From Eledone cirrhosa (Eukaryota), in NCBI GenBank assembly GCA_964016885.1, contig OZ024743.1, positions 101,990,001-102,054,000 of the forward strand: a stretch of 64,000 nt of DNA, written 5' to 3'. Both the position numbers and the translations under genes were made by a program. Below are positions 1 through 13,021 of the stretch, piece by piece (within the stretch, counting starts at the first letter, position 1; every line of letters begins with the position of its first letter). The notes under the pieces are model-generated. The model was not told the origin of the DNA. It ran no database searches and worked only from the letters and a program-made list of their open reading frames with translations.

Positions 1-204
1 GTATTGGGGACAATTTAACCAACTATATCTCTCTTACAGAACCCCTGGTCTTGTGATTATATTTGAAATCAATTTCGATATAATTTAGATGTGGATAAAT
101 TCGTCAATTTGGATTCGGGTTTATGGAAACAATATAAACTAAAGACCAGTCAATCGACAACATTTTATGTATGACATTTGCAATATTTCCCTTATTCTAT
201 ATTA

Positions 205-400
205 TTATTCCTGAGTGGGATTTTGGGGCGGAGTCCTCAGACAGGACTTCCAGGATGTTCTCTCCGAAACAACCATTTCCACACGGCCTGGCTGGATCCC
301 CAAGCGTGTACAACCGAGTTTATGGATATTATCCAGATATCTTGCTCGTCATCTATTTCTGAGTTTCCTGTCTGTTGGCTTTGCTCTAAAATATGTCCTG
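205..400 (-). mobile_element. 3' end fragment of an RTE-like LINE
   Basis: Minus strand reads RYLDNIHKLGCTRLGIQPGRVEMVVSERTSWKSCLRTPPQNPTQE*, resembling RTE ORF C-termini, followed by AATAATAAT. Confidence 0.45.
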
Positions 401-2049
401 TGATTCATTCCTTAGACAATTTAACTACATGTTCATAGTACTGCAGTTGTGATATCTCGATGCAGAAATGTAGCGCCTCTACTTGAAGCAATTACCCGGG
501 TGCTACGCACCCTATCAGCTGAGGCTATGTGCGATATTGCGCTAACATTTAAAATAATTACCATAGTACCATTCAGGTATATCACAAAACAAACAGTGTT
601 TAGCTACGTCAATTTCAGTCCTGAGGTCGAGTTCCACCAGAGTATACTTTTGATTTCGTCGCCGGGGGTCGATGAAATAAAGCACTAGACAAGTAATGGA
701 CTTGGTCTAATTCGATTAAGGCCTCCCTCCTTAAATGTTATTGGACGTTATGAATTTAGATCTGTCGGCTTATATCTCAAGTTCAAAGTCTGACAAGGGT
801 CAATTTCCTGTCCTTCATTTCAACAATGAGAAAATAAATACCAGTACTATAGAGCTGTCCCTTCAATTATCTTTACAGATTAGATCTATGATCGTGTGTC
901 AGTATGAAAAATCAAAATTATTAATTCCACGAGCAGGCTATTTCGTTGTTCAAACAACTGGAACATTCATATAAAAACATATACACTCTACAAACACATA
1001 TACACATATGTATGTGTCTATATGTACTTAAAAACATATATAGTTTTGTGCTAAGAAAAAAAAGCTTGAGAGTATGTCAGGTTTTAGCAAGATATTTGTA
1101 TATATAATTTAATAATTCAACTTGTTGCTCTCAAGATTCATTCCGTAACTTTACAAAATATTTTCGACATAAAAATACATTATTATACTGGAATCTTTAA
1201 ATAGATTTCAATGTGTTTAGGCTGTAATCATATATACATACACGATTATTCCCGAGGATGGGGATTTTTCCCTTCTATCCTCTGACTTCCTGGGACGTAC
1301 CTTTAATATCGTCCATAAAACATTGAAATCACACCGAGTCTATTTCAGTTTGACGTTGACAAGCGAGGATGATATTATGTTTTCTTTTCTTGGCCGTATT
1401 CGTTAGCGTCTCTTTTTTTTGTGCGGATATTTTGGCTGTATATATAATAGCACACTGTATAATTTATTCAACTTACATTTAGATTTACGAGATATATTCA
1501 TAGTACATGCTAATTTTTGAATGTGTTATAGATTTTTTTAGCCGCAAGAAATCACAGTTATAGTCTGGAGAGCCAAAATATATGGTATACTCTCTCCCTC
1601 AAATATGTTACAAGTGACTAATGGATTCAGACTCGACAGATAAAGTAATAAATCAAGCACCACAAGGCACAAGATCAGAATCATGATATTTGCTTGTTCT
1701 GCTTCATGTTTAGATGTATATACATTAGTATATATAAATTATGAGAATCAATGCATCGCTCTATTTGATGATATTGATCGAACATACATGTTTTCAGTTT
1801 AACGCAACGCTAAGGTTTAATAACCACTCTGCAGCATTATTTTAAGAGACACAAACCACACTGCATTTTGATTAATTCTGAACTCTAGGCTTTTAGAGTT
1901 TAATTTATTTTATTGCCGAGGTGATATAGCAATATAGGTTTCTAACCGATAGCGTTCAGTTATTTATTGGAGAGTGGGATTAATTAATTTTATCTCAGTA
2001 AAGAATAGATAGATAAGGGTTCAGTGTGGAACATCATATGCACACATAC

Positions 2050-2350
2050 AAGAATATTGTGTTACAGGACCTCCGTCAGCTGCAACGATGATTGTTTCAA
2101 TTGTTCAAACAGTGGAATAGCCTGTTCGCAAAAATGAACGTGTAAGTAGTTAAACAAATTCTATAAATACACTACCTATTCTTAACGTGCTACAAGGCTA
2201 CTCATTTGATTTATCCTCACAACTCCTTTTAACCGACTAGAGCAACATAAAATAAAGTGTCTTGTTCAAGGATGCAATGCGCCGCCAGGAATCCAACTCA
2301 CAACCTTACAATCGTTAGCCGAACGCCCTAACTACTAAACCACACGCCTT
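2050..2350 (-). mobile_element. SINE, family B (GAGCAAC..AAATRAAGTGTCTTGYTCAAG core)
   Basis: Core shared with copies at ~15670, ~43870 (opposite strand), ~46330 and ~47565; tRNA-like head on the minus strand. Confidence 0.55.
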
Positions 2351-3291
2351 TAATGCATTATCATGGTGTAATAATAACAATACACACGTAGATTTACTCA
2401 ACTCAGGCATAAATAGTCATGCTACACTGAAATTTAAATACGCACTACATGACCCTAATTACCATTCGTTTCATAATACACTACCATACTCACAATGTTT
2501 TAATATGTACTCACTATGAGTTAGTGAATCATAATGATTTTGCTTCATAGAAATAAGCAACGTGTATATAATTCATATTTATATTATTTATTTAAAGAAT
2601 CATAAAGCTGCAGGTGTTTTGATTAGAATGTCGTTTGTCTACTCATAATAACTGATTCAGAGATCGGGTTACGTCTTCTTGAGTAGTACAACTTCAGTTT
2701 CCGTTGCTCTAGTCGATTCAGCTCAAAATAGGCACAAACGGCAGCTAGCCGTTAGTCCTGCGACAAACTGGGGCTCCGTCCAGTTCGGAGTTTTGTACTC
2801 TCAGTCGATTAACGTTCAAACTTTGCAACTATTGAAAAGAGGATGCAAAACGATAAAGGATATATATGTTCCAGGCGAAAGAATCTAAACTAATGAAATA
2901 AACACAGGTGGTTGTGTTGTTTATAGCTGTGAACTTAAAATCTCATATTCAAGTTTTAACAACACCACCATCACCTACCATTGAGAATGGTGTTAGAGGA
3001 GTCGACTCTATTGCAAGTATTTTAGTCAGAACCTACGATCAGAGGATATTTGTTTTGTATAAGGTTCTATTGCTCGGTAAAAGACCACGCGTGACCTTCA
3101 TCCGTTGACTGAGTCATTCAAAAACATCTACAGCTCAGTCTACTGAGCTATTTCATAGTTAACCATATTTTTATAAAAGACACCAAGAATGATACAAACC
3201 ATAGACACCTTTGCCTTCTGGTCGTTGCTCTATCAACTCGGCCAATGTTAAGGCTTTCTTCACATAGAAGCTTATAATTTTAATCGAGAGT

Positions 3292-3515
3292 ACTGGAGTG
3301 GCAAAATTGGTAGAGCGTCGCATAAAATACTATTGCGGTATTGTTCTGTTTTTTTTTTACATTGTGAGTACAAATCCAGCCGAGGTCAACTTTGCATTTC
3401 GAGGTTCCGTAGTCGATAAAATCAAGTATCAGTCTAGTACTGGGATTGCTTTAATTCACTTTGCCCTCCTCACAGAGATTTGTTGGCCTTGTTCTAAAGT
3501 TAGAAATCAATATTC
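3292..3515 (+). mobile_element. tRNA-derived SINE, family A
   Basis: GAGTACAAATCCAGCCGAGGTCAACTTTGC...GTCGATAAAA..AGTATCAG...GGCCTTGT; same family occurs >10 times in the window. Confidence 0.7.
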
Positions 3516-4097
3516 GTAGAATTGTTGCAGAGACAAAGAACATTTGAGATACGGCTTTAAGATAAGGGTATTTCTTTGAAGAATACCTAACCTGAACGAA
3601 TTAATTGATAATGCTATTAATTCATTAGGTAAAAATGGTGACTTCTAATTAGATATTGAAGCCATAGGCCAATATATTTAAGTTTCTTGCTCAATGTAAA
3701 TGTCTGCAGCAGATAAGAATTCATGACTCCAAGGTAAAGATTGTACTTCAATAATCTATTCGTTCGGTCAGTATATCATTCATACAAAAAACAATAATGA
3801 GATAAATACTTTTCTTTCTTTTAATTAACAACTCGTATTTATTTATTGAATGCCACCTAGGTAACTGTTGCATGGTTTTGCATTGATAAATGATGTATTG
3901 ATTGGTTCCACTGATTATGGATTCATATTTAGTCTCTTGCTAGTGTTGGAAGTGGAAATTCTAACGGGGGTTAGTAATAATATAACTTATCAAAGTGATG
4001 GCAAAATGAGATTAATTTACAGTTTCACGCAAATGCTTACCTATTCTCAGCTATTGAATAAATCTGAAATTATTGATTTCTTATTTCTTTCTTTTAG

Positions 4098-4780
4098 AGT
4101 GGTGAATTGGCAGAGTCGTTAGAACGTCATATAGAGAGCTTTGCGGTATTTGTATTGGCTCTCTGCTCTCTGAGTTCAAATCACGCCGAGGTCAACTTTG
4201 CCTTTCATTCTTTCGAGGTCGATAAAAAGAGTACCAGTCCAGTACTTGGGTTTATTCTTTCCCTATAAATCTTTCTCTTCTCTTCCCCCCTCTCACATTC
4301 TCTTCTCTGGAAGAAATCTGCTGTGTTCAAACCTGGAGAGGGATGGGCTCTGCAAGGATTGCAATGCGCAAGAAACGCTGTATGCTGCTACAGCACCCCT
4401 ACGAATCCATCAAGAGGTACGGCCTCATACCATTTTCTTTTTCATATAGACTCAAGTGATTTCAGATCTACAGAGAAGTTTGGAAGAAATATGATGATGT
4501 AATAAGGTGGCGAATTGACAGTTGTTAGAGAGTCAAATTAAAAAATGCCTCGGATTTTGTTCCGACATACTGCGTTCTGATCCAATGAGGACAATTTTGT
4601 TTTCATTATTTTGAGTTCGGTAAATAAAGCACCAGTCAACACTGGAGTCAATTTCTCTTTCGGGAAAAATCGATTGTGCTCTAACCTGGAGAAGATTGGG
4701 CTCCACCAGGATTGAAATGCCCAACACACGTCGTGTGTCAGAAAGGAGACCCTACGATTCCATTAAGAGTTAAGTGTCCT
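4098..4780 (+). mobile_element. Two adjacent family-A SINE copies with a longer 3' part (4098-4425, 4506-4780)
   Basis: Both start GGYGAATTGRCAG..GTTAGA and share AACCTGGAGARG.TGGGCTC..CAGGATTG..ATGC...CCCTACGA.TCCAT.AAGAG. Confidence 0.65.
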
Positions 4781-6025
4781 TTATCTCACATGGTATAATA
4801 CACATCAATTCCTAGTTTGGAAAGGTCTTAATAAATATAGGTTATCTTCAACTAGACACAACGTCTCGTTTTATAGGTAATTGGATTTAGCATATTAGAC
4901 ATAATAAAGAGGGAGCCTCTAAGCGTTAGTTCAAGCAACTAGTAAAATATTCAGCCAAACTCTGCTTAAGCCACTCCATAACATGTTTATTTAGGTCGGG
5001 TAGTCATGGCTGGAATGTTTTAACATGTGTCTGCCCAATCAGGTCACATGTGGGAGTTAGTATTGCAATATGTAGCTTCGTTTTATTTTAAAATCTAGGC
5101 AGAATGCCAAAATATGGTTGATAGAATTAAAATTTAACTATGCCTATAAAAAAGTGATGGTTTTCGCAGTGTAGGATATTTGTTCTAAGTCTCAGCATTC
5201 TGAGTTCGAATTCTGTCGACATTGTCTCTCGACCATTCAGTGTCGATAAGGAAACCATATAGCCCATTGTTAGTGCAGTCTTCTTTCCTTCCAACTATTA
5301 CATCCTGGATGTTTCGTTGGACCAAGGGAGGGATAGTAGAAAAGTTGTTCTTGTCTACTCGCGACTGCATGGTCCCTGAAAACCCTGAGCGAAATCATGG
5401 CGCATCCCATCAAATCATACTCGATTGCTAGTGACCGCTGAAACATGTTTTGAATTACTATAACAGTTTATCTCTGTATGTTACGTTTAATATAAATAAC
5501 AATATGTATCCATTGTATATTTCTATATTATTCTAATCTTTTATGTTATTATTGAATAAATGCTTGTAAATCGGCTTGTTATTGACTTAATTATCAATTA
5601 TCTAGTTGATCAGTATTATTGGTATTATTGCCAAAAATATAAAGAATAATGGCCATGTAAAAAGCCTACATAGCACATATAATTAGGTCAGTGAAATGGC
5701 ATATATCCAAGAAAGTTCTTTGGCGTAAAAGACAATTGCTGTTTTCTTTCTGTAGGATCTCTTATGATTAGTCATAGGAATCAATAGTTCAAATACTCTG
5801 CAGTACAAATAATGTTTATCTTTTGCTAAAATCATTTGGTTTGTTTGTTCCAGAAGTCGATAAAGAAATATATATATATATATATAATACACTGTACATA
5901 CTAAGTCATTGAAAGATATTGTAATACGCCTCTAAGTAGCAATATCTGGACCGTTAATCCGACACAAGCCAAGGATTTGGGAACTATTTGTTAATACATT
6001 TCTCTCTCTCTCATTATATATATAT

Positions 6026-6158
6026 AGGAAAAGAGTCAGAACCCCGACGGCAGAGCTCAAGCAGCTTCGACAGCTATTTCTGGTCCAGTATAGTACCCAA
6101 AGTATCGAGTACTTTGGTGCGTTATGGTCCACCTGGTTCCTTACCACACTTCCTTCAT
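6026..6158. mobile_element. Short Penelope-like terminus (family E1), internally inverted, in (TA)n
   Basis: Left part is the reverse of the GAAACGGC..GCCGTC hammerhead 3' half, right part is the tail; homologous to 32477-32673 and 54451-54655. Confidence 0.65.
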
Positions 6159-6182
6159 TATATATATATATATCTATATAAT

Positions 6183-6230
<48 letters not shown>

Positions 6231-6375
6231 AAGAAAGAAATATATACAAATCCTCACTCTCATAAATATATGTATGTATAATGTGTATATATATATATAT
6301 ATTGTTATTCTTTCGGAGGGTTATCACACACACGTTTTCAGATAAAGAATCTTGCTAAACAAATTCAGAAACGAA

Positions 6376-6421
<46 letters not shown>

Positions 6422-6471
6422 AGTATGTATGTATACGTACATACATATATATATACAGACGTACAGTAGCA

Positions 6472-6548
<77 letters not shown>

Positions 6549-6696
6549 GTACACATACATATATGCACGTGTCAGTTTAGCCGACGCTTATTATAACGCC
6601 CGCTTTGTTCGTTTGTAAACAAACTGAACAGCCTGAATTTATGCCGTACGGTGTTAAGGCAACCACGTCACCTTTTTGTTCAACACTGACACAGGA

Positions 6697-6739
6697 ACGA
6701 TGTACTAGTTTCAAGCTTGTTAGCTATCATCAGCACCGT
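6697..6739 (-). ncRNA. Minimal type I hammerhead ribozyme
   Basis: ACGGTG CTGATGA T-AGCT-AACA-AGCT-T GAAA CTAG TA CATCGT on the minus strand. Confidence 0.8.
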
Positions 6740-7004
6740 ATACCCTTCTGCCAGATGGTTGAACGTTCGAAAGTATATACTTTCCTTATGAAAATTAACG
6801 GCTGAGCAGCTAACAAGCTGATGATAGCTAACAAGCTTGAAACTAGTACATCGTTCCTGTGTCAGTGTTGAACAAAAAGTGAGGTGGTTGCCTTAACACC
6901 GTACGGCATAAATTCAGGCTGTTCAGTTTGTTTACAAACGAACAAAGCGGGCGTTATAATAAGCGTCCGCTAAACTGATACGTGCATATATGTATGTGTA
7001 CCTG

Positions 7005-7102
<98 letters not shown>

Positions 7103-7337
7103 TGCTACTGTACGTCTGTATACATATATGTATGTACGTATACATACATACTTACATTTAAGTAAGTGCGTACTAAGACTGAGAAATGAAATTTCGTTTT
7201 CATGTTATTACAACTTATCGTTTTCGGTACGCCTGGCCGTCTGAACTCACTCGATATGCAAATTAGGCTGCTCAGCCGTTAATTTTCATAAGGAAAGTAT
7301 ATACTTTCGAACGTTCAACCATCTGGCAGAAGGGTAT

Positions 7338-7380
7338 ACGGTGCTGATGATAGCTAACAAGCTTGAAACTAGTACATCGT
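7338..7380 (+). ncRNA. Minimal type I hammerhead ribozyme (GUA site, palindromic stem III CTAG)
   Basis: ACGGTG/CATCGT stem I, CTGATGA, AGCT/AGCT stem II, GAAA, CTAG, TA. Confidence 0.8.
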
Positions 7381-7531
7381 TCCTGTGTCAGTGTTGAACA
7401 AAAAGGTGACGTGGTTGCCTTAACACCGTACGGCATAAATTCAGGCTGTTCAGTTTGTTTACAAACGAACAAAGCGGGCGTTATAATAAGCGTCCACTAA
7501 ACTGATACGTGCATATATGTATGTGTACCTG

Positions 7532-7572
<41 letters not shown>

Positions 7573-7683
7573 GCTACTGTACGTCTGTATACATATATGT
7601 ATGTACGTATACATACATACTTACATTTAAGTAAGTGCCGTACTAAGAGTGAGAAATGAAATTTCGTTTTCATTTTATTACAA

Positions 7684-7766
<83 letters not shown>

Positions 7767-7770
<4 letters not shown>

Positions 7771-7852
7771 AAAAAAGATGAAATCTAAAATGCAACTGGA
7801 GTCTTTTTTTTTTTAAATATATATTTATTTGGTTCCTTTACCGGTTTCGCAG
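7767..7852 (-). mobile_element. Penelope-like 3' terminus with hammerhead 3' half (GAAA CCGG TA)
   Basis: Same family as the fold-back at 48968-49173; abuts (TA)n. Confidence 0.5.
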
Positions 7853-8447
7853 TTCTTCTCCCTTTTCACAAGTAGAATTGAGATGGAAGGTTTGTGGTTT
7901 TTCTCACATCTTATATATATATGTGCGTGGGTGCGTATGTATGTGTTTGCGTGAGTATGTGTCTGTAACTTTGTGAATTTACAAGCACGAAGAAAATTGC
8001 TCAATATCAATGTAGCGAATATTATTTATTTGCATGATTAGTAGCAATCCGCGAACAATCTCAGCAATACAGTAAGAGCGAATAATTTCAGCAATATAGA
8101 AGGAACGTCAACAAAGAGAAACAATACGGGGTTTCAATACAAAGAGGGATGATATATATTAGTTTAAGATAGTAGGAAATGTGTCCTAACATTTCAGGCG
8201 TTATTCGTCGGAAGAAAGAGAGGAATACAGAAAGAGTAACGAAGAAAGAAAGAAAGAGAGTGAGAGAGAGAGAGGGAGAGAGAGAGAGAAAGAGAGAAAG
8301 GGAGAAGAAATGGACAAATAGACAAGAGTAAGAAACGAAAGAAAATGGGAAAATCTTTTTTTAGGAAAAAAAACGCGTCTGTAGTGAATATTGGATATGA
8401 AAGAAGTACTGTTATAACATTCCTACCTCGAGGGTGCAGGTCCGGAC

Positions 8448-8513
<66 letters not shown>

Positions 8514-9463
8514 GGTGTTCCCTTGTGTGTGGGAGCCGATGAGCAGGCTATTTCTAGTGGAGAGAGTGGAGAAGGTGGTACTCCGGAAGATGGCGAAGGA
8601 GTCGCGTTGGAATAGGCATTCTAACACGCGGGGCTCACTATTGCTAGAGACCAATTTCGCCATGATAGTAGTCAGCTAATATACACAGTTAGCATGTAGC
8701 GGTGGTGGTGGTAGTAAATAATGAGGTACGAGAGAAGACGAGGTGAGTAGACATCTGTGGTTCAACCCCTTGTAATTATCTTAATATTCTTTATGTAATA
8801 TATAGGAGGTGGATTCTTTGCGTTTACTTCATTCACTTGAACATAAACTCATAGTATTGGCTAACGGTTGAGTCTTTCACCTTTTCAAAACCTACGCATT
8901 TGGAATTTTTCAAGGGCCCATTGAAATACATTTTTGTCAGTCACAAATTTATTTGTTCCTTTTTCTGTTCAGCTAATAAATAGCATTCTTCTATGACATT
9001 AAACTTGGAAACTTACTTTCATTTTACTATTACCCGTTTTTAAGAGCTCAACATTAAGATAATACATTTTCATTATCTTTTATCACTTTTTATGACCAAA
9101 TTGTTAAGAATTTCGGTTCTAAGTCATTAGGTTAGGGGTTTCATCTTACAGCTTGGTGTCATTTACCATTGATTCATGTTACCCAATGAAATAATTTTGG
9201 TAAATACTGTCAACCACCTGGAAGTCCCTGGTATCGGCCGGTGGGTTCAGGTGCTTTTATATATTTCATCTGTCTGTCACCCACCTTGTGGATTGTCTCT
9301 CTGTTGACCACTCACATTTTGTCACTGCCCTCTGAGGTATTTCTGCCCATCGTTATCTTTGACTGCATTTAGGTGTTTTAACGGAGTTCCTAGCGATGAG
9401 TTTTCTCATTTACTTGTATTCAAATAGACTTGCGTTTCATCTCGATCAGAGAGAACATTGTTT

Positions 9464-9545
<82 letters not shown>

Positions 9546-9651
9546 AGGTTCGTTTATATTTCTACATGCTATTAATTTATTTAAAATTCTATTCAATGAA
9601 CATTTTTATACCTATTCAAATACACTCTCGCAATCAGATACAACATCGTTT

Positions 9652-9737
<86 letters not shown>

Positions 9738-10086
9738 AGGTTTGTTTACATTTTTACATTCCATTGATGTGCCTTTTCCTACCCCCTTAATGTAAAATTC
9801 TACTTAATGAGCATTAATGGAAAATAATAAAGAATAACATAATAAACATGAAATCACGGGTCCCAAAATAATCTAATATATAAGACGAATCAAGTTATCT
9901 ACAGTATATATTTACACCAATTAATATTGAATGATTTCTTCTCTATTTGATCATGTAGTATGACAGGTCTGTGCCTGTTAGAACTGAACAAATTTTATCT
10001 CAGGCTACATTGACTCAATTTAATTTACGTATGTTTTGTTGTATGTATGTGTACATACATGTATGCATGTATATTTATATACACAC

Positions 10087-10176
<90 letters not shown>

Positions 10177-10177
<1 letters not shown>

Positions 10178-10545
10178 TAAAACAATGAAATAAAAAATCA
10201 AGTCATTAGTGATATACTTCACTGCTTTACGATCGTTTCTAGATGATGATAATACATTGTAGCTATACTCAGTTATTGATCTATGTAAGATTAGTTACAA
10301 ACCAACATAGATCAATAAGTGAGTATAGCTACAATGTATTATCATCATCTAGAAACGATCGTAAAGCAGTGAAGTATATCTCTAATGACTTGATTTTTTA
10401 TTTCATTGTTTTAACTTATATCATGACTGTTTTCCTTTTAATGTTTTATTGTTTTCCGAGATTTATCTTAACCTACAACATTTTCAACATATAGATTACA
10501 TCGAGTTCTTCATGCAGAATAGACCCCACAACTTACTGTGGATAC

Positions 10546-10553
<8 letters not shown>
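10177..10553. repeat. Fold-back insertion (arms 10177-10286 / 10305-10414, tail to 10553) with hammerhead 3' half GAAA CGATCG TA
   Basis: ~110 bp near-perfect inverted repeat between (TA)n tracts; related to the 61470-61660 element. Confidence 0.75.
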
Positions 10554-10596
<43 letters not shown>

Positions 10597-10601
<5 letters not shown>

Positions 10602-11221
10602 CGTAAAATAAGAAAATATTAAAAAAAAAAAATTTTTAAATTTGTTTACTTACTTACTTAAATTTTCACTCCAACTAATTAGTTTCTGCAATGGGATAAA
10701 GACAGTTACGTAATCCAACTGTCGAGAATTCATTGCGTCATCAGGGAGTCTATTCTCAGCTAAGTCTCCAGGCAATGCGCGGACACTGGCGGCTCATATA
10801 AAAATAATAATAATTCGGTAGATAGAACAGCTGGCGAGGACTGGATTCTATGTACTGAAATTCTCACTGCTTCTAGTCAAATGGCCGATTCTAAAGAATC
10901 AATCACGTGACACAGAGGCTAGTTAGAAGGAATGGGATGGTAAGATGACTGACGCCTACTAACACCCCCAAAAAAATTTTTTTAGAAGTGGTTTTGGCAG
11001 GTTTGCTCGACAAATCAGTGATTTGGAGATAAATATAGATAATTTAATATATCAACTAACATAAGCGCACAGATGCACGCCCATGCCAGCAAATACACAG
11101 GTTATGTCATAGTACCTAGGTGGTTCAATGCAGGAGGATGCAGAACAATAATATAAAAGACGTAAAATAAGAAAATATTTTTTAAAAAAAATTTAAAAAA
11201 ATTTTTTTACTTACTTACTTA

Positions 11222-11226
<5 letters not shown>
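10597..11226 (-). mobile_element. Retrozyme-like element, one ~559 bp unit plus ~70 bp direct repeat
   Basis: AAAGACGTAAAATAAGAAAAT repeated at 10597 and 11156; homologous to the 29877-31397 array; (TA)n flanks. Confidence 0.8.
10668..10749 (-). ncRNA. Type I hammerhead with 51 nt stem II domain
   Basis: ACTCC CTGATGA C-GCAATG...CATTGC-A GAAA CTAATTAG TT GGAGT. Confidence 0.8.
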
Positions 11227-11310
<84 letters not shown>

Positions 11311-11342
11311 TTAGTTCCACAACAAATTGACAAACTACACTT

Positions 11343-11380
11343 GAGAACACGCGTTTCGTCCGAAGGATTCTTCAGCTCGA
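11343..11380 (-). ncRNA. Minimal hammerhead, probably inactivated (GUG at the cleavage triplet)
   Basis: GAG CTGAAGA A-TCC-TTC-GGA-C GAAA CGCG TG TTC. Confidence 0.55.
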
Positions 11381-12381
11381 GTTTGGTTAACCAGGCCTGT
11401 ACTAACTGTTTTTTTAGAAAATGCGTTACTCGCTCACTGTCCACTTTTACCACCCTTCTGTGACCACTGTATCAGGTGTTAATTTCTTCCTTCGCCTCTT
11501 GAGAATTTTTTACTTGCTACGAAAGAAACAGTCTTTTTTTGACCACTGTATCTCGTGTTAACTTCTCCCTCCGATTCTGGAGAATGTCTCACTTGCTACG
11601 AACGTGTTAAGAAACTGTCCTTTTTTTAGGAGTCTCTTGATAAGCCTTATCAACTTCACAGTGTGATGCATTTTTATAGTGCAGAAATCCCTGGTAATGG
11701 ATGGGCGAAACTGAAGAAAAAATAGGTATAATTTTGTTGAATATTTCCTCGTGTTTTTAATTTGATATATATATAGATATAAAATGTATATTGAGTTAAG
11801 AACTCACAATGGACCCTTATGATCAAATTAGCTCAAGGACAAAAAAAAATCCCGACCTTATAACACAATAAAGAGAGACGCACACAGATATTTAAATATA
11901 TGCATTCAAATCACTAGGGACAGAAATCACCAGGCTGAATAAAATACTGACTAAAGATAGCACGGTTCACAAGAACTCAATTAAAAGGATAAATCAAGAT
12001 ATACAGACCTACTATGATAATCAAACACCCAGACAGCTTTCGGGTAGAACTGTTTCGCAATTCAGTAAAGAGAGTTACTGGTTCGATGCTTTTCAATGAA
12101 TGTTTCCAACCAGTAGATCCCTCACTACTATATAACGCACATGTGTTAAGAGAAAAGAACCCATGCTTATCGCGTGCCAGGCGTGTCGAATAGAACGTAA
12201 GGTTACTAAAAAATAGCAGCCAGAATCTTCCATAGTGATTTGAACGCATATATATATATATACTCACTGCCACCAAAAATTCTCACTGCTATCAAAAAAC
12301 CACTCCCTCAACTATTCTTCTAACAACTTCACCCCTCCCTCCTAATATTCTCTATAAAAACCAAACAGGTCCTCAGTAATA

Positions 12382-12503
12382 TTATTCTGATGAAATGACA
12401 GTAAATAATAACATTGAAATATTGAATGTCTGCATAACTAATACTTTGTAGATAGCAGCTGTTTTCAGGTTATGTTTACTGTTATAGAAACACGTGTCAA
12501 TAA
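12382..12503 (+). ncRNA. Type I hammerhead with 93 nt rod-like stem II
   Basis: TTATT CTGATGA A-ATGACAGTAAATA...TGTTTACTGTTAT-A GAAA CACGTG TC AATAA. Confidence 0.8.
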
Positions 12504-12616
12504 ATTCCTTTCAACTAAACTGTATCCATTCAAATCTTTCTCTCTCTATATATATATATATGTTTGTCTCCCTTTACTGTACGGATGGCTGGGACAGGTA
12601 AAAGAGTATGTATGTG

Positions 12617-12673
<57 letters not shown>

Positions 12674-12745
12674 TGTGTATGTGTGGGAGTGTGTGTACAT
12701 ATGTATGTATATATATGTGTGTGTTTGTATGTGTGTGTGTATATA

Positions 12746-12782
<37 letters not shown>

Positions 12783-12919
12783 CAGTATATATACAGTATA
12801 TACATACATACACAAATACACATATATATATATACATACATATATGTACAAACACATACACACATACATATATAAACATACATATACTATATATATATAT
12901 ATATATAGTATGCACACAT

Positions 12920-12982
<63 letters not shown>

Positions 12983-13021
12983 GATGTATCTATTTATCTA
13001 TATATCTATCTATACATATTT

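Larger units (their letters stand above)
6418..7687. mobile_element. Retrozyme-like array: inverted partial copy (6418-6810) plus ~1.6 direct copies of a ~526 bp unit
   Basis: Near-identical inverted and tandem copies; CTGATGA at 6818 and 7344; (TA)n on both sides. Confidence 0.8.

Noticed and set aside
2665-2890. GC-richer block with AG/GT-like borders on minus, possible exon
   Set aside because: Stops in all three minus frames and no recognisable product; a UTR exon cannot be excluded
6605-7472. Identical 66 aa ORFs on opposite strands (also 51043/51536 and 47902/50129)
   Set aside because: By-product of inverted repeats; non-ATG or weak starts and no recognisable domain
8410-8680. Possible Penelope-like ORF remnant upstream of a degenerate hammerhead (also 22020-22330)
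   Set aside because: No diagnostic motif recoverable by manual translation
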